A stretch of 59,379 nt of DNA, filler included. It is 3 parts of 3 records of this genome, joined end to end, with 100 filler letters (N's around TTAATTAATTAA, not from the genome) between each part and the next. Parts side by side here need not be neighbours in the genome. Positions count along the whole stretch, not along the records: positions 1 to 23,815 come from SRR20825006_282; 2 more parts are not named here. One strand, 5' to 3'. Each line of letters starts with the position of its first letter. Within the stretch, counting starts at the first letter, position 1. Below, in pieces: positions 1 through 9,814 of the stretch. The translations under genes were made by a program, and so were the position numbers. The notes under the pieces were generated by a model that saw only the letters and a list, made by a program, of their open reading frames with translations, had not been told where the DNA came from and made no database searches.

Positions 1-39
1 CCAGAACGACAAAAATCAACACGCTGCTAGACAGAAGTG

Positions 40-70
40 AGCGGCCAGCAAAAAGCTGGCCGCTTTTTTT
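40..70 (+). terminator. Rho-independent terminator of an upstream gene outside the window
   Basis: Perfect 10-bp stem AGCGGCCAGC-AAAAA-GCTGGCCGCT followed by a T run. Confidence 0.8.
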
Positions 71-261
71 GTATCCAGCCAATCCGACTCGGTTATCGAA
101 GCAACAAGTGGAAAAGAGCCACAAAGTCCATCGACTTAGCCAGGAACACCCACATAGGGCGAACTAAACCACCTAGAATGCGAGTTCTGCAGCGCAGGCA
201 GCCATTCCGAGACTGCTCTGTCGCTCAAGATTTCTGGATACTCGATTCATTGAGGCATCAA

Positions 262-1497
262 ATGCAAAGGAACAGAAAACGGAGACGAGGGTTCACGTTG
301 GTGGAACTCCTTGTCGTGATCGCGATCATCGGCGTATTGGTGGGCCTGTTGCTCCCCGCCGTGCAAGCCGCACGCGAGGCAGCCAGACGCATGAGCTGCA
401 GCAACAATTTCAAGCAAATTGGCTTGGCGATCCACAACTACCATTCGGCTTACAACAATCTTCCAGTCCATGCATCGGGAACCTATGCCGTGGGTGGGCG
501 AGACCCTTGGGATACAAATCCAGGTCGCGAAATTTCGTCTAACAAGCGTTTGTCATTTCTGGTTGGCACTTTGCCGTTCCTTGAACAGCAAGGCCTTTGG
601 GAACAAATATCCAATCCACTCAGCGTGAATTCGGATGGATCGACCAAGAGCCCACCATGGCAGCCCATGGGTCCTCACCCCGACCGCGTTCAGTATCCGC
701 CATGGGCCACTGAAATTCCGTCATTCCGCTGCCCTAGCGATCCAGGCCGTGGCTTACCATCGCTTGGGCGAACAAACTACGCGGCCTGCATGGGAGACTC
801 AGCGGTTTACTCTCGAGACTCTTACTTGGACGTGGACGAAGTTGCGTCGGGCGCTACATTGCCCTATCGAACCGACACCGCGCACGCGGCGGCTTCTAAT
901 TCAGCCCAGCGCGGCATGTTCGTCAACGGTCGAGAAGTCCAATTTCGCGATACGCTCGACGGACTCTCCAACACGATTATGTGCGGCGAGATCACGACGG
1001 ACTTGGGCAACAACGACAAACGCACGACGGTTCCGACCAATACCGGAGGACATGCGGCGCCAAACGAAAAGAACCAGTGTCGACTGGATCCATCTTATGC
1101 CGAGCCCTACATCGATCCTGAACGCCCTCAGTTTTGGTCGCCATCCGGCTTGACCAAGCAAGCTGTTTGGGGACGTGGTTTTCGCTGGCACGACTACATG
1201 CCACCCTATTCCCAGATGACCACGGTGTTATCGCCCAATCGCGAACTATGCTCCGACGGTCGAGACCATCGCGATGTCGTTTCGCCCCCTTCGAGCCAAC
1301 ACCAGGGCGGAGTCCATGTGTTGATGGGAGACGGCGCAGTCAGGTTCGTTACCGATTCGATTGAAGCTGGTAATAAAAATGCACCGCAGGTATCAAACCG
1401 AGCCGGGTCGCCCCCGCCAGGCAGCCCCAGCCCATACGGACTGTGGGGATCACTCGGGTCACGTGCTGCAAAAGAAGTGATCGACGGAGAGTTCTAG
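262..1497 (+). CDS. DUF1559 family prepilin-type N-terminal cleavage/methylation domain protein (planctomycete)
   Basis: RRG/FTLVELLVVIAIIGVLVGLLLPAVQAAREAARRMSC N-terminus, CPSD motif and C-terminal H-x9-DG (HQGGVHVLMGDG). ATG at 262 has GAGG upstream; the track start at 37 lies in the terminator. Confidence 0.93.
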   Translation: MQRNRKRRRGFTLVELLVVIAIIGVLVGLLLPAVQAAREAARRMSCSNNFKQIGLAIHNYHSAYNNLPVHASGTYAVGGRDPWDTNPGREISSNKRLSFLVGTLPFLEQQGLWEQISNPLSVNSDGSTKSPPWQPMGPHPDRVQYPPWATEIPSFRCPSDPGRGLPSLGRTNYAACMGDSAVYSRDSYLDVDEVASGATLPYRTDTAHAAASNSAQRGMFVNGREVQFRDTLDGLSNTIMCGEITTDLGNNDKRTTVPTNTGGHAAPNEKNQCRLDPSYAEPYIDPERPQFWSPSGLTKQAVWGRGFRWHDYMPPYSQMTTVLSPNRELCSDGRDHRDVVSPPSSQHQGGVHVLMGDGAVRFVTDSIEAGNKNAPQVSNRAGSPPPGSPSPYGLWGSLGSRAAKEVIDGEF

Positions 1498-1531
1498 TCA
1501 CTCCCACCCGAATCCATTGCCAACTATTACG

Positions 1532-1570
1532 AACTGCTGCCATGAGTCACTCATGGCGGCAGTTTCTTTG
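1532..1570. terminator. Hairpin, probably a bidirectional terminator between convergent genes
   Basis: AACTGCTGCCATGAG-TCA-CTCATGGCGGCAGTT followed by TCTTT. Confidence 0.65.
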
Positions 1571-1587
1571 TATTCAAAACTCTCGCT

Positions 1588-2220
1588 CTAGACCGACTCC
1601 GGAAACAGTGCGTCCAGTGTAAGTTGGCTCCAGGTTTCCAGGTGCTCGCGTTCTTGGCGGAGCTGCTTTACGGAAACGAACTGACCTTCGGCGAGTTCGG
1701 GCTCGTTGCTGGTGACGAGTGGTTGCTCCAAGACGAACCGATGGACGACTCCCAAGTGCACCCGACCAACTTCGTTGCTCGGGTCATAAAGCAAACCTTC
1801 TCGTTGATCGACGTAGGGTGCTCCAATCGTCACTTCTTCTTCTAGCTCGCGACGCATGCCGATGGTGTACGGGTCTTCTTCGCCACCCGCATCTTCTTGG
1901 CTGATGTGACCACCGACACCGATGCTGCGTTTGGCGTGCAGACGTTTTTCACCCGAACCACCACCGCGAGTGTATTGAAACCATTTGACCGCGCCGTCAG
2001 CCGGGTCGGTCCACTGCATCACCACGTAGGGAATCAATTGCTTGAAACTCGGATCGAGCTCCATTGCACCGCGTGGGCGATAAGACAATTCGTCGCTGGC
2101 AAGAATAGGCTGCAGGAATCGGTCCACGTTGCGGTCAAACCCTTCCAAATGCCCAATCGATTCGATCAAGGTCGCGGGAATGACAAGGACGTGTTCTTCG
2201 GTGGTGGCGTTGGAGGACAT
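1588..2220 (-). CDS. Predicted NUDIX-family phosphoesterase
   Basis: E-x-DPSFKQLIPY, GEKRLH..SIGVGGHI, partial Nudix box RELEEEV and VGRVHLG. Start placed at MSSNATTEE. Confidence 0.8.
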   Translation of the reverse strand: MSSNATTEEHVLVIPATLIESIGHLEGFDRNVDRFLQPILASDELSYRPRGAMELDPSFKQLIPYVVMQWTDPADGAVKWFQYTRGGGSGEKRLHAKRSIGVGGHISQEDAGGEEDPYTIGMRRELEEEVTIGAPYVDQREGLLYDPSNEVGRVHLGVVHRFVLEQPLVTSNEPELAEGQFVSVKQLRQEREHLETWSQLTLDALFPESV

Positions 2221-2315
2221 TCTGCAATCGAGGTCGTGGACAAGCTGGAAGTTCAAACCAACCGGGGCTATCAAATTCGCTCCCGCTTGGCCGTTGGCAG
2301 TGTAACGAATTCTCG

Positions 2316-3014
2316 TCAGAGCGAATCCCGTCGAGGTCGACGATGGTGACGGACCAAACCGCTGACGTAGCGATTCCCGTCGACGAAAAACCGCAGTGGC
2401 AATTCAGCGGACTGCGATATTCCGATTCGAGGCGTGGTGGTGACACGACTGCTCGGAAGCTTGGGACCAGAGAAAACACACCAGTTCGGATCGCGAATCG
2501 GATCCACTCCGTCGCATGTCCGATCAATCGCGAGAGATTGGCACAAACGGCCGGGGCCCGTCGTCAATGCTCTTCCGTCGGTCGTTTCCGATCGGTCGAG
2601 ACCTCGATGCTGACACATTCGGCCGATGCCCCAAACCGGCTGAAGAGCCCGGATCAAAACTGCCGAACCACAGCCGACCGATTCGGTGACCAGATTCACA
2701 CAGTGCTTGGCATGAATCGGATAGACATACAATGTACTTGGCCGCCCAAACATCGAAGCGTTTCCTGGTTTCTCACCCCGCGCACTGTGACTCGCAGCAT
2801 CGCGACTGGACAGGTAGGCTTCGGTTTCCACAATCCAACCTCCGACCCAAACCCCTTCGATTCGTCGAGCGAAACCGCAACCCAAAAGCTGGCGAGCGAC
2901 GACAGCTGGACGACGGTCAAAAAATTGCGACTGCAACGACTGCGTCGATCCCCAATTGATCGGCCGATCTTCCTCGTCATCCCCACGGAACTGATTTCGC
3001 TTTGCATCATTCAT
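2316..3014 (-). CDS. mpg: DNA-3-methyladenine glycosylase (AAG/MPG family)
   Basis: IVETEAY, D-x-ASHS, YVY, AVLIRA, GPGRLCQ, RIGI..LRF motifs. Start uncertain. Confidence 0.9.
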   Translation of the reverse strand: MNDAKRNQFRGDDEEDRPINWGSTQSLQSQFFDRRPAVVARQLLGCGFARRIEGVWVGGWIVETEAYLSSRDAASHSARGEKPGNASMFGRPSTLYVYPIHAKHCVNLVTESVGCGSAVLIRALQPVWGIGRMCQHRGLDRSETTDGRALTTGPGRLCQSLAIDRTCDGVDPIRDPNWCVFSGPKLPSSRVTTTPRIGISQSAELPLRFFVDGNRYVSGLVRHHRRPRRDSL

Positions 3015-4240
3015 CGAAACAAACTTATCGCGCGCGTTGGGTGATGCCCATCGACGGTGATCCGATTCCCAACGGAATGATGATTGTTCAATCGGGCCGG
3101 ATCGCTTCGATCGGTTCATTCCAAGATTCGAAGGTCGAAGGTGAATTGATCGACTTGGGAGACGTCGCAATTTTGCCGGGTTTGGTCAACACTCATACGC
3201 ACCTGGAATTCAGCGACCTCCCCAAACCCGTCGGACACCCCGGCATGGAATTGGCCGACTGGATTCGCGAAGTCATCACGACTCGAGGGATGGTCGATCA
3301 CCAAACGCGACAACAAAACGTTCTCGAAGGGCACGCGGAAGCAACTGCGTCAGGCACACAGCTGATCGCGGACATCGTGACCACGCCGCTGGAAACGATC
3401 CCATCAAATACGATCGCATTCGCGGAAGTCCTCGGACTCAGCCAGGAACGAGGCGACGAACGGATGTCACAGGCTGAACGACATCTTGCCAACAACACTT
3501 CTCCTGATTCGCGATGTGACGTCGCTGCGATCAGCCCGCACTCCCCCTACTCGACACCGTTGCCGTTGATCGAGCGATGCGTGCAAGTTGCAAAGCAACG
3601 CAACACGACACTCGCCATGCACGTTGCGGAATCACCTGCCGAACGTGAGCTACTGACAAACGGATCCGGTCCATTTGCCGAATCATTACGAACTCTAGGA
3701 TTGCCTATCAAGGCGTTCTTTCCCTGGACAAAAGCGAATCCAGTCTCACGCCTGATTCAGCTGCTTGCCAAATCACCTCGTGCGTTGATCGTGCACGGAA
3801 ATGATTTGAGTGAGACCGAAATCGAGCAGGTTAAATCGCACCCGAACTGCAGCATCGTGTACTGCCCAAGAACGCATCATTTCTTTCAGCATTCCAATCA
3901 TCCCGTCGCAGAATTGCTAGCCGCAGGAATCAACGTAGCCATCGGGACTGATTCACGCGCCAGCAATCCTGATCTGGATCTTTGGGGCGAGGTCCAGCAC
4001 TTGCTCAAGCATCGGCCTGACCTGAATCCGACCGACGCGCTTCGCATGGCGACCGCCAACGGTGCCGACGCATTGGGACGCTCAGCAACTCACGGACGGT
4101 TGGCCGCCGGGATGCCAGCCAACTTTATCACCGTCGCAACAAGCGCTGATCGAGTCGATCAGCTTTGGTCGGACTTTTCATCCTCATCCGTGTCATCTTC
4201 ATCCATGTCTTCTGCCGCTCGCCCAGCACCCCAAAGCTGA
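3002..4240 (+). CDS. Amidohydrolase family metal-dependent deaminase/hydrolase
   Basis: PGLVNTHTHLE (HxH), SPHSPYS, HVAES, HGN and GTDS-x-ASN metal-ligand motifs. Confidence 0.87.
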   Translation: MHHSSKQTYRARWVMPIDGDPIPNGMMIVQSGRIASIGSFQDSKVEGELIDLGDVAILPGLVNTHTHLEFSDLPKPVGHPGMELADWIREVITTRGMVDHQTRQQNVLEGHAEATASGTQLIADIVTTPLETIPSNTIAFAEVLGLSQERGDERMSQAERHLANNTSPDSRCDVAAISPHSPYSTPLPLIERCVQVAKQRNTTLAMHVAESPAERELLTNGSGPFAESLRTLGLPIKAFFPWTKANPVSRLIQLLAKSPRALIVHGNDLSETEIEQVKSHPNCSIVYCPRTHHFFQHSNHPVAELLAAGINVAIGTDSRASNPDLDLWGEVQHLLKHRPDLNPTDALRMATANGADALGRSATHGRLAAGMPANFITVATSADRVDQLWSDFSSSSVSSSSMSSAARPAPQS

Positions 4241-4956
4241 ACCGCGTCATAAAGAGCGTGAGCGGTGATTGGAATCAGCAGATTGCCGGTCACAATCAAC
4301 AAGGCACCAAAGTACAAACCCATCAACGCGGTGACGACGATATACAGCTTGGTGATTGGATGGAACATTCCAAACGCGAATGAGGAGACCAGCCAGGCTG
4401 CGGTTAACTCCCACCCTCCGACGCGAGACCACCAAGCCAGCAAACCTTCTTCCGGCCAAGCGAATTCGGTGACTGAGTTTGGCAAACTGCCCAGCCATCC
4501 GCCATAAGCCCACCAACGCGATGGGGCTTCTAAATCAGGAGCGAGCGACGCGGCGTCTCCGGCCAACCAAGGCAACAACCAACCGCGAAACAAGAGCTCC
4601 TCACCGACGCCGGCGCACAAACTGATCGCGAACAATTCCCAGGCGTTCAGTCGCAGCATCAAGCCGATCATGGGGTGATCGCTGAGCTTGTCGAGTTCTT
4701 CGATTGCCGGGTGTTTGATTCGCCGCAACACGGCAACGAACAACACCAATGGAATGGTCGCAACAATGCCCAGCCCGATACCGCCAATGACCGCGGACGA
4801 AGCGACTTCGTTTAGCGGCGGAACCAATTCACGGGCACTGGGACCGAGCAGGTATCCGAGAATCAACGCCAGCGCACCCAAGCCGGCTTCGACCGCGACA
4901 GCAGTCCGAAAGACATCGTCCGGGGTTTGTTCGTCGTCCGCGTTGGTTTGCGTCAC
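4159..4956 (-). CDS. CPBP (CAAX/Abi) family intramembrane glutamic endopeptidase
   Basis: EELLFRG, FGMFH and HALYD motifs with several hydrophobic segments. Confidence 0.9.
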   Translation of the reverse strand: MTQTNADDEQTPDDVFRTAVAVEAGLGALALILGYLLGPSARELVPPLNEVASSAVIGGIGLGIVATIPLVLFVAVLRRIKHPAIEELDKLSDHPMIGLMLRLNAWELFAISLCAGVGEELLFRGWLLPWLAGDAASLAPDLEAPSRWWAYGGWLGSLPNSVTEFAWPEEGLLAWWSRVGGWELTAAWLVSSFAFGMFHPITKLYIVVTALMGLYFGALLIVTGNLLIPITAHALYDAVQLWGAGRAAEDMDEDDTDEDEKSDQS

Positions 4957-4965
4957 ACGCCTCTC

Positions 4966-6846
4966 TCAGGATGGGCTTCGGTGTCGGTAGGGATTGAACA
5001 ACAAGTAGTTCAAGTGGCGATACAGATCGCTGGAATTCAGCAACTCGGTGTGACGTCCTTCGCCGACCAAATTGGGGCCATTGAGCAACATCACCCGATC
5101 ACATGAACGTAACGTCTTCAGCCGGTGAGGCAACATGACCACCAACGATCCCGCATCCGCCAACTCTCGCAGTGCGTTCAAACAAGGGTCTTCATTGACA
5201 TGCTCGGTCGGGGCAGGGGGCTCTTTCGCGAGCACGATCGGCGGCCGATGCAACATCGCCCGCGCGATCCCGACTGCGTAGCGAACATCGGTCCCGAGCG
5301 AATCCGAATCTTCGGTCGCTCCCAAATTGGAACCCGGTTCGATGATCGTCTCCAGTCCGTCAGGCAAGCGAGTGATTCGCTCGTAGATCCCGAGTTGCTC
5401 AAGCGTTTCGACCATGTCACGGTTGTCGACACTGCGGTCGACTCCCGCCATCAAGTTCTCTCGCAGAGTACCTTCCCAGAGCGGCCCGTCGGGACCGATC
5501 CACATCACGTTTTTAGCGAGAGCTTGCGGATGAACGTCGAGCAATGAGATCCCGTCGATCTGCACCTTGCCGCGATGCGGGCGACCAAACCCCATCAACA
5601 ATTCCAGCAGAGCTCGCGTCGAAACATCTTCGGTTCCTAAGAAAGCCACCAGCGACTTGGGCTGCAGCGACAAACTCAGGTCACGCAGGATCGCCTTGCC
5701 CGAAGAATCTTGCAGCGACACGTCTTCCATCGTCACGCAATCGCGAAGACCACCCAGTCCAACACGTTGCTCGCTCGGCGACACTTCGCTGTTGGGTTGC
5801 AGGTACAGATACACCGATTCACAAGCTTTGCTGCTGCGACGAAGTTGACGGTTCAGTTCGCTCAATCGAGCAGCCGCCAAGGCAGCACCGGTCAACGAAA
5901 GACCAAGCACCAATGCGGAGGGAAGACTCAATCCTTGTTCGCCTTGCAGCGTGTTCAGGCCGAGACCCAACAACATGACAGCGATGGCAACGCCGCCGGC
6001 CATCATCATGACCGGCCACAGTCGACCTCGACGCGCGTCATCGCCAGCGATCCGTCGATCCAATGCGTCCAACTCCGCCTCGTAGGCTTGGTCAGCCAAA
6101 CCACCGGCCTGCAATCGAGCCATCATGGGTGCGTCGCCAATCAAACCGATCAAGCGATCACGAATTTGTGGGATCTCGAATCGCGACAACTCCAGCCAAT
6201 CCGGATTGCGAAGCTTGGCGTACAAACGCCACAACGCCACGCCACTGATGACCGCGAGAATCGCCAGCCAAACGTTCACGAGCAGTGCGAGTGTCACACA
6301 CCCGATCAACATCAGCACGCTTCGCGGGATGGATCGATACCACAGTGACAGACCGCGTCCGACTTCGGGCAAGTGGCGACCGATGATGACACGGGCTCGT
6401 TCACGCTGAGCTGCGGCACCTTCGACTTCTGCGCGACGCAAACTTTGCTTTAGCGTTCGCGAATGCAACATCTTGATCACTCGCCGCGAACGAGCATCGG
6501 CGGATCGTCGATGCAACCAAACGGCCAAACAAAAGACAGCTGCGATTGCCAATGACAATCCAACCAAACCAAACAGCTGAGAGACTTTGCTTTGCGCCAG
6601 AAAGAACTCCGGCACGGGGATCGACAGGTGTGTTCCCAGGCGAACGGGCGACTGCGTCAGCCCATCGCCTTCATCGACCAGTGCCGCGATGATGCCAAAG
6701 ACCAGCACCAGAACTGGAATGATCAAACCCGCGATGGCGGCCCAAACCAAATGCAGGGGCGCGCCCGCTGCCTCGGGTTCGCGACGTGGTTGTTTCAGAC
6801 TGGAAAAGCGATTCACCGTTGCGAGCCTCGTTGGATATCTAGCCAC
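4966..6846 (-). CDS. ABC exporter-like TMD-NBD fusion with degenerate ATPase motifs
   Basis: N-terminal TM helices and NBD-like segments (GKVQIDG, TLRENL, LPDGLETII, IARAML, HRL..CDRV..GRHTELL), but non-canonical Walker A/B and signature. Confidence 0.8.
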   Translation of the reverse strand: MARYPTRLATVNRFSSLKQPRREPEAAGAPLHLVWAAIAGLIIPVLVLVFGIIAALVDEGDGLTQSPVRLGTHLSIPVPEFFLAQSKVSQLFGLVGLSLAIAAVFCLAVWLHRRSADARSRRVIKMLHSRTLKQSLRRAEVEGAAAQRERARVIIGRHLPEVGRGLSLWYRSIPRSVLMLIGCVTLALLVNVWLAILAVISGVALWRLYAKLRNPDWLELSRFEIPQIRDRLIGLIGDAPMMARLQAGGLADQAYEAELDALDRRIAGDDARRGRLWPVMMMAGGVAIAVMLLGLGLNTLQGEQGLSLPSALVLGLSLTGAALAAARLSELNRQLRRSSKACESVYLYLQPNSEVSPSEQRVGLGGLRDCVTMEDVSLQDSSGKAILRDLSLSLQPKSLVAFLGTEDVSTRALLELLMGFGRPHRGKVQIDGISLLDVHPQALAKNVMWIGPDGPLWEGTLRENLMAGVDRSVDNRDMVETLEQLGIYERITRLPDGLETIIEPGSNLGATEDSDSLGTDVRYAVGIARAMLHRPPIVLAKEPPAPTEHVNEDPCLNALRELADAGSLVVMLPHRLKTLRSCDRVMLLNGPNLVGEGRHTELLNSSDLYRHLNYLLFNPYRHRSPS

Positions 6847-6946
6847 CGTTCGTTTGTCATCACGACCGCATTCGTTGCGATCGACGATCCGTCACGACCG
6901 GTCACCGTTATCCTCAAACGAGTTTCCAATGCAACAGATATGGCGA

Positions 6947-8716
6947 TCAAGCCAAATCGCGATCTTCGAACAACAACATCGCAACCATCCAAATGGCAAT
7001 GACAAAGACCACAAGATAGTTGAACGCGGCGGCCAAGTAGATCAGCGGGATGGCATTTCCCGCATCCACCGCCGCCTGGACGTTGAATGAGTTCAGGTTG
7101 GGGACCACGACCGCTATCAATTTACCAACAAATCCGACCAGCTCGGTGTTTTCCCTCGCAGAAGCGACCAGCGGACTGAGCAGGTTGCCGACAACATAGA
7201 TCGCGAAACAGGTGATGAAGTTCGCCAACAGCGGCAAACGAGTCGCCAAAGCCACCGCGATTCCGCCGATCGCCATTGTTTCCATGAAGTACAAACCCAA
7301 GATCGGAAGCGTCGTGATGATCTCTTCGTGACCGACTTGCCATGGTGGTTGTTGCTGGCTGGTTTCGCGAGCGTCGTAAATTGGCTTGTAGGACATCACC
7401 ACCAGCAGGACCGCCGCCAAGATCACGAACAGCACCAACACTGCCAACATGATTCCGGTGTACTTGCCCAAGATGAACGAACGTCGACTAACTGGTTTGC
7501 TGAGCACGGTCAAAGCGGTTCGGCCATCAATTTCATCGCTAACCGATGTTCCCGCACTCCAAACGGCGAGCAACATGCCCAGAACCATGATCATCGTCAC
7601 GCCGCTGTCCTTCAGCAGACGGATGTCATCACCGAGTGTGTTGAACGGGAAGATCCCAAAGAGAAGCACGGCAAAAATTCCGATGGCCAACAGCAACAGA
7701 TAAAGCGGCTGAGCCATTTCGTTTTTCGCGGTCGACAAAGCCAGTGCCCAAACGCGCGGGGCCGCTTGTCGCATTGCCATGAAGCCCGTCAGCGTCAGGA
7801 ACAGGGCGACGGCGGAGAAGACAATCGACGAAGCCTGCGGAATTTGCGGCAGGTTTTTAAACGTGAAAGTCACTTCAGCCGGGTCAATCTCTTGGTTGTA
7901 GATGTGCAGCTTGGCCGGGTCGCCTGGAATTGGTGGCTGCTCACGGTCTTGATATTTGTAGGTAACCGCTTCGGTGCTGCCCGGGTTCAATTCGATGGGA
8001 GCACGGCTGAAGGCTTCCGCTTTGTCCGAGTCAGCCAGGAAGACTTTCTTGTCACTCTCAATTCGCAATTCGGCAACGTTGCGGAAGTTGTAAGTGATTC
8101 CGGCTGGCAGGAACTCGGGGATGTCTGGGTCAGCCGAAGGTTCGATTGTCGCGACTTCCACGACCGTACCATCACCGACCAAATTGACCGCGGGGACGCT
8201 TTCGAGAATCGCCATCGGGTTTTCAACAAACGGCGTCGAGCCCAAACCAATCACGGCAAAAAGACCCAATGTGCCCAAGATGTACGGGATGACACCTTCG
8301 CCCAGAATCGACATCCACTCCGATCGAGTCCGATGCCACATTCCGTAGATCAGCCCAAAGCCCAAAATCATTCCCAACGTCACCAAGGGCAAGAAAAGCA
8401 ATTGGCCATTCTCGCCGCCTTGCGGAACATAGAAATAACACAGCAACGCGGAGAAGATCGCACCGGCAATCAGCGACAATGTCACGCCGCGTTTTGGATC
8501 GTCTGCCAAATTCCCGAGACCGGGAATGAAGGACAGGGCACTCAAGATGCCGTGGATCACAGCGGTCACCAAAGCCCCCAGCAGCAACCCCATCGACAGC
8601 ACCCAAATGGGAGTGACGAATACGGGCAACCACTTGCCGACCTGGGCCAGAGGGAGCAAACCCGATTCAGCACTAGCAAAATCGGAGAACAGTGAAATAG
8701 CGGACCCAGCAATCAT
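6947..8716 (-). CDS. ABC-2 type transporter permease with extra N-terminal membrane and soluble domains
   Basis: EIDGRTALTVLSKPVSRRSFILGKY motif, C-terminal LFEDRDL and multiple TM segments. Confidence 0.82.
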   Translation of the reverse strand: MIAGSAISLFSDFASAESGLLPLAQVGKWLPVFVTPIWVLSMGLLLGALVTAVIHGILSALSFIPGLGNLADDPKRGVTLSLIAGAIFSALLCYFYVPQGGENGQLLFLPLVTLGMILGFGLIYGMWHRTRSEWMSILGEGVIPYILGTLGLFAVIGLGSTPFVENPMAILESVPAVNLVGDGTVVEVATIEPSADPDIPEFLPAGITYNFRNVAELRIESDKKVFLADSDKAEAFSRAPIELNPGSTEAVTYKYQDREQPPIPGDPAKLHIYNQEIDPAEVTFTFKNLPQIPQASSIVFSAVALFLTLTGFMAMRQAAPRVWALALSTAKNEMAQPLYLLLLAIGIFAVLLFGIFPFNTLGDDIRLLKDSGVTMIMVLGMLLAVWSAGTSVSDEIDGRTALTVLSKPVSRRSFILGKYTGIMLAVLVLFVILAAVLLVVMSYKPIYDARETSQQQPPWQVGHEEIITTLPILGLYFMETMAIGGIAVALATRLPLLANFITCFAIYVVGNLLSPLVASARENTELVGFVGKLIAVVVPNLNSFNVQAAVDAGNAIPLIYLAAAFNYLVVFVIAIWMVAMLLFEDRDLA

Positions 8717-8880
8717 GCTTGGCGACTCGTGTCGAGAAAAGTACGAAATGAACCTTCGGTCAGGCTGCTACGTGAGACCAACCCATTTGGTTTGCCGCCG
8801 AGGCTCGGATTCAGTGGATTTGTTGGCCGGCGTGATCAACTTGATCGAACGAGCCATGAAGCGAGCCATGAAACGGCGAA

Positions 8881-9477
8881 TCAAACCTTCGGACCGGGCT
8901 TCACCCCGGGGGTTTTCTTTACCCCAACGCGAAAGCCGCCGGTCGCTTTCAAATGCTGACGCAGTCGGCTCCGGCAGTTTGCTGCAAAGCTCGCAACCGT
9001 TTCGGTGCGGTAATCAGGGTAGCTCCATCGGTGATGAATCCAACGCCCACCAACATAGTTCAGGGTGACTTCCGCAAAGATCCCATCACGCAAATAGATT
9101 CGGTGGTCGCGGTCCTTGATCGTCGCCAACACCAATTTTGCTTGGCTGACGTACCCCGGATCCAAATTCAACGGCCGCGGTTCGGAATGATCCGACAGCG
9201 ATGCGTATTCGGATTCCCATTCGTTGGTGACGTTTTTCCAGTCCGCCAATCCGGCCGGATCCGCGAATTCAGCGATTCCGATCAATTCTTTCGTCAACAC
9301 ATCGCCCATTTCAGGTTGGTAAAACCCGCCGGCTTCGAACGGACTGGGCTCACCTTTTTCGCCCAGCTCGCCCCAGCGTTCCGCCAATCGCTGCTTCGCC
9401 CACTGACGAGCCTCCTGATGCCGCGAGATCACGGCGCAGAAACGGACCACCGGTTCGATCAATCGAATTTCGCTCAT
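8881..9477 (-). CDS. DUF4416 family protein
   Basis: YxxEMG, RPLNLDPGY, LVLATIKDRDHRIYL.DGIFAEVTL and WSYPDY motifs. Confidence 0.82.
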   Translation of the reverse strand: MSEIRLIEPVVRFCAVISRHQEARQWAKQRLAERWGELGEKGEPSPFEAGGFYQPEMGDVLTKELIGIAEFADPAGLADWKNVTNEWESEYASLSDHSEPRPLNLDPGYVSQAKLVLATIKDRDHRIYLRDGIFAEVTLNYVGGRWIHHRWSYPDYRTETVASFAANCRSRLRQHLKATGGFRVGVKKTPGVKPGPKV

Positions 9478-9581
9478 TCCGTCACGGTCATCCTTCGCAC
9501 GCCAGTTCCTCTTCGCAAATCAGTCTCTCCCTTTCCGCCATCAACAAACTCACCACTAGACATCCGAACCTAGTCGGGCGT

Positions 9582-9657
9582 CCGATCTTGGCCGGGCATT
9601 CAATCTTGGGCGGCCCCACCGATCTTAAGCGAGCCCTCGGATCTTGAGCGACACAGG
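9582..9657. repeat. Four degenerate ~19-bp units with an ATCTT core in a divergent intergenic region
   Basis: ATCTT at 9585, 9603, 9622 and 9641; units 3 and 4 share GATCTT(A/G)AGCGA. Confidence 0.45.
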
Positions 9658-9814
9658 GCAGGGGTGTCAATCGATCGAGCCCTCGCCCCAAACACGGACT
9701 ACCGCAAGCCGAAGCGAATGATATCCTGATCCGCGAAACGAGCATGATTTGCCTGAGGTTTCTTCCGCAAGCAACCATCGCTTTCAACCTTCATTCAACA
9801 GGCAACGAGTCAAT

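Noticed and set aside
37-261. Track N-terminal extension of the first DUF1559 ORF
   Set aside because: It starts inside a terminator hairpin; ATG 262 has an RBS and gives the expected short basic prepilin leader
7328-8695. 455-aa plus-strand ORF
   Set aside because: Antisense shadow of the ABC permease, with no recognisable motifs
8850-8873. 12-bp tandem duplication CGAGCCATGAAG/CGAGCCATGAAA
   Set aside because: Only two intergenic copies; no evidence of function
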